From: a virus
Taxonomy: Duplodnaviria > Heunggongvirae > Uroviricota > Caudoviricetes
Strand: one strand, 5' to 3'
Virus record (IMG/VR): IMGVR_UViG_2563366972_000004
Length of the DNA stretch: 46,713 nucleotides
The notes below the pieces were generated by a model, which was not told where the DNA came from, made no database searches, and saw only the letters and a list, made by a program, of their open reading frames with translations. Made by a program: the position numbers and the translations under genes. Of this stretch, positions 45,001 to 46,713 are shown one piece after another; within the stretch, counting starts at the first letter, position 1, and each line of letters begins with the position of its first letter.

Positions 45001-45450
45001 AAAACCACATCGTCGTTTGATTACGGCACTAAATCCACGAATAACACCGGGGCGCATACGCACAGTCTGAGTGGCTCTACGGGGTCTGCCGGTGCTCATA
45101 CTCATGGTAATGGTATTCGTTGGCCAGGAGGCGTCGGTTCTGCGTTAGCATTTTATGATGGCGGTGGGTTCACTTATGTCCAGGATTCACAGTATCAAGT
45201 AAGCCCGGGGACTTCTTCCAGTAGATCGTATTATCAACGTATTCAGACACAGTCAGCAGGTGCTCATACCCACTCGCTGTCTGGTACTGCAGCAAGTTCT
45301 GGCGCACATGCACATACTGTAGGTATTGGTGCGCATACGCACTCGGTTGCGATTGGCTCACATGGACACACCATCACCGTTAACGCTGCTGGTAACGCGG
45401 AAAACACCGTCAAAAACATCGCATTTAACTATATTGTGAGGCTTGCATAA
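42031..45450 (+). pseudogene. stf: Side tail fibre stf, one reading frame interrupted by a single in-frame TGA at 42901-42903
   Basis: Track ORFs 42031-42903 and 43402-45450 are in the same frame (both start coordinates are 1 mod 3). Hand translation shows the frame is open from 42904 to 45450 (..[15 protein letters not shown]..). Ala/Ser-rich repeats then C-terminal domain with GAHTHS repeats. Confidence 0.8.
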
Positions 45451-46025
45451 TGGCATTCAGAATGAGTGAACAACCACGGACCATAAAAATTTATAATCTG
45501 CTGGCCGGAACTAATGAATTTATTGGTGAAGGTGACGCATATATTCCGCCTCATACAGGTCTGCCAGCAAACAGTACCGATATTGCACCACCAGATATTC
45601 CTGCTGGCTTTGTGGCTGTTTTCAACAGTGATGAGGCATCGTGGCATCTCGTTGAAGATCATCGGGGTAAAACGGTTTATGACGTGGCTTCCGGCGACGC
45701 GTTATTTATTTCTGAACTCGGTCCGTTACCGAAAAATGTTACCTGGTTATCGCCGGAAGGGGAGTTTCAGAAGTGGAACGGCACAGCCTGGGTGAAGGAT
45801 ACGGAAGCAGAAAAACTGTTCCGGATCCGGGAGGCGGAAGAAACAAAAAACAACCTGATGCAGGTAGCCAGTGAGCATATTGCGCCGCTTCAGGATGCTG
45901 CAGATCTGGAAATTGCAACGGAGGAAGAAATCTCGTTGCTGGAAGCATGGAAAAAGTATCGGGTATTGCTGAACCGTGTTGATACGTCAACTGCACAGGA
46001 TATTGAATGGCCAGCACTGCCGTAG
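45450..46025 (+). CDS. tfa: Tail fibre assembly protein Tfa (191 aa)
   Basis: [54 protein letters not shown]... matches recalled lambda Tfa; start overlaps the stf stop (TAATG). Confidence 0.9.
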   Translation: MAFRMSEQPRTIKIYNLLAGTNEFIGEGDAYIPPHTGLPANSTDIAPPDIPAGFVAVFNSDEASWHLVEDHRGKTVYDVASGDALFISELGPLPKNVTWLSPEGEFQKWNGTAWVKDTEAEKLFRIREAEETKNNLMQVASEHIAPLQDAADLEIATEEEISLLEAWKKYRVLLNRVDTSTAQDIEWPALP

Positions 46026-46122
46026 GGTAAAACATATAAATTCTATAATTAGATGTATCTTTCCATTTACGGCAAGGAAGGGGGCTTGGAAGACGTAAAG
46101 CATCTCACACCGAGATTATTTT

Positions 46123-46713
46123 TTATATGTCAGGTGTCTGAAGTTTTGCTTTGGCTCTTAAAATGGTTTGCCGCGAGGTTTTGAATTCCCGGGCAATGGC
46201 ACTTATACTTACACCTGACTTAATTCGTTCGAATACCGCCTGTTTCTGTTCTTCATTTAACACAGGTGGTCGACCAAAACGTTTCCCTGCGCCGCGGGCT
46301 CTTACTATCCCGGAATGAGTGCGTTCAAGTAAAAGGTCTCGTTCAAATTCAGCGACTGCTGAAATTACTTGCATCATCATTTTTCCTGTTGGACTGGTCA
46401 GGTCAATGCCCCCCAATGCTAAGCAATGCACTCTGATACCTGTTTCGGTCAGTTGTTCCACTGTTTTCCTGATATCCATTGCATTACAACCAAGGCGATC
46501 CAGTTTTGTCACAATCAATTGATCACCACATTTCAGGCGAGCAAGCAACCGGTTAAAACCAGGACGCTCACTGGTTGCTGCTGAGCCGCTAATGTGTTCT
46601 TCGATTATTTGCTGAGGTTTGATTTTAAAACCTGCACTTTCGATTTCCCGGCGTTGATTTTCGGTGGTCTGATCCAGCGTTGATATCCGACAGTAAGCAA
46701 AAATTTGAGACAT
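46123..46713 (-). CDS. pin: Serine recombinase / DNA invertase, Pin-like (196 aa)
   Basis: N-terminal catalytic motif ([10 protein letters not shown]), C-terminal HTH; position after tfa as for pinR/pinQ in K-12 prophages. ATG is the last codon of the window (46711-46713). Confidence 0.85.
   Translation of the reverse strand: MSQIFAYCRISTLDQTTENQRREIESAGFKIKPQQIIEEHISGSAATSERPGFNRLLARLKCGDQLIVTKLDRLGCNAMDIRKTVEQLTETGIRVHCLALGGIDLTSPTGKMMMQVISAVAEFERDLLLERTHSGIVRARGAGKRFGRPPVLNEEQKQAVFERIKSGVSISAIAREFKTSRQTILRAKAKLQTPDI

Noticed and set aside
46160-46195. Possible Gin/Hin-type crossover site (ttaaaatggtttgccgcgaggttttgaattcc) near the 3' end of the invertase gene
   Set aside because: Both halves contain GGTTT in the same orientation instead of the AAACC..GGTTT dyad of gix/hix-type sites; it is inside the recombinase coding sequence and I found no partner site.

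Overview
The window is almost entirely one integrated lambdoid prophage in prophage order (int/xis at the left, cos in the middle, tail fibres at the right). All protein identities below are by eye and from recall of phage lambda / E. coli K-12 prophage proteins; no database search was run. Left to right: P22-type integrase and excisionase; a string of small early ORFs; lambda Red (exo, bet, gam); an immunity region (cI, cro, YdaT-like cII-position gene); lambda-type O/P/ren replication with iterons inside O; an AT-rich cargo island (emrE, large serine recombinase ybcK, two unrecognised ORFs); DLP12-like nin region (ybcN, ninE, ybcO, rusA, ylcG, quuD); an intact nmpC porin; pinholin / SAR-endolysin / Rz-Rz1 lysis cassette; bor; lambda cos; an IS66-family element with 8-bp target duplication inserted 1 bp upstream of the Nu1 start codon; the full lambda head and tail gene set (Nu1 to J, with the G-T frameshift site); lom; a side tail fibre gene broken by one in-frame TGA; tfa; and a Pin-like invertase. 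The best candidates for an undescribed system are (1) a two-gene AT-rich cassette at 5237-5956, exactly at the rexAB position between cI and the putative OL/pL, and (2) a 309-aa protein with its own promoter/operator in the cargo island. I cannot assign either to a known family from sequence alone.
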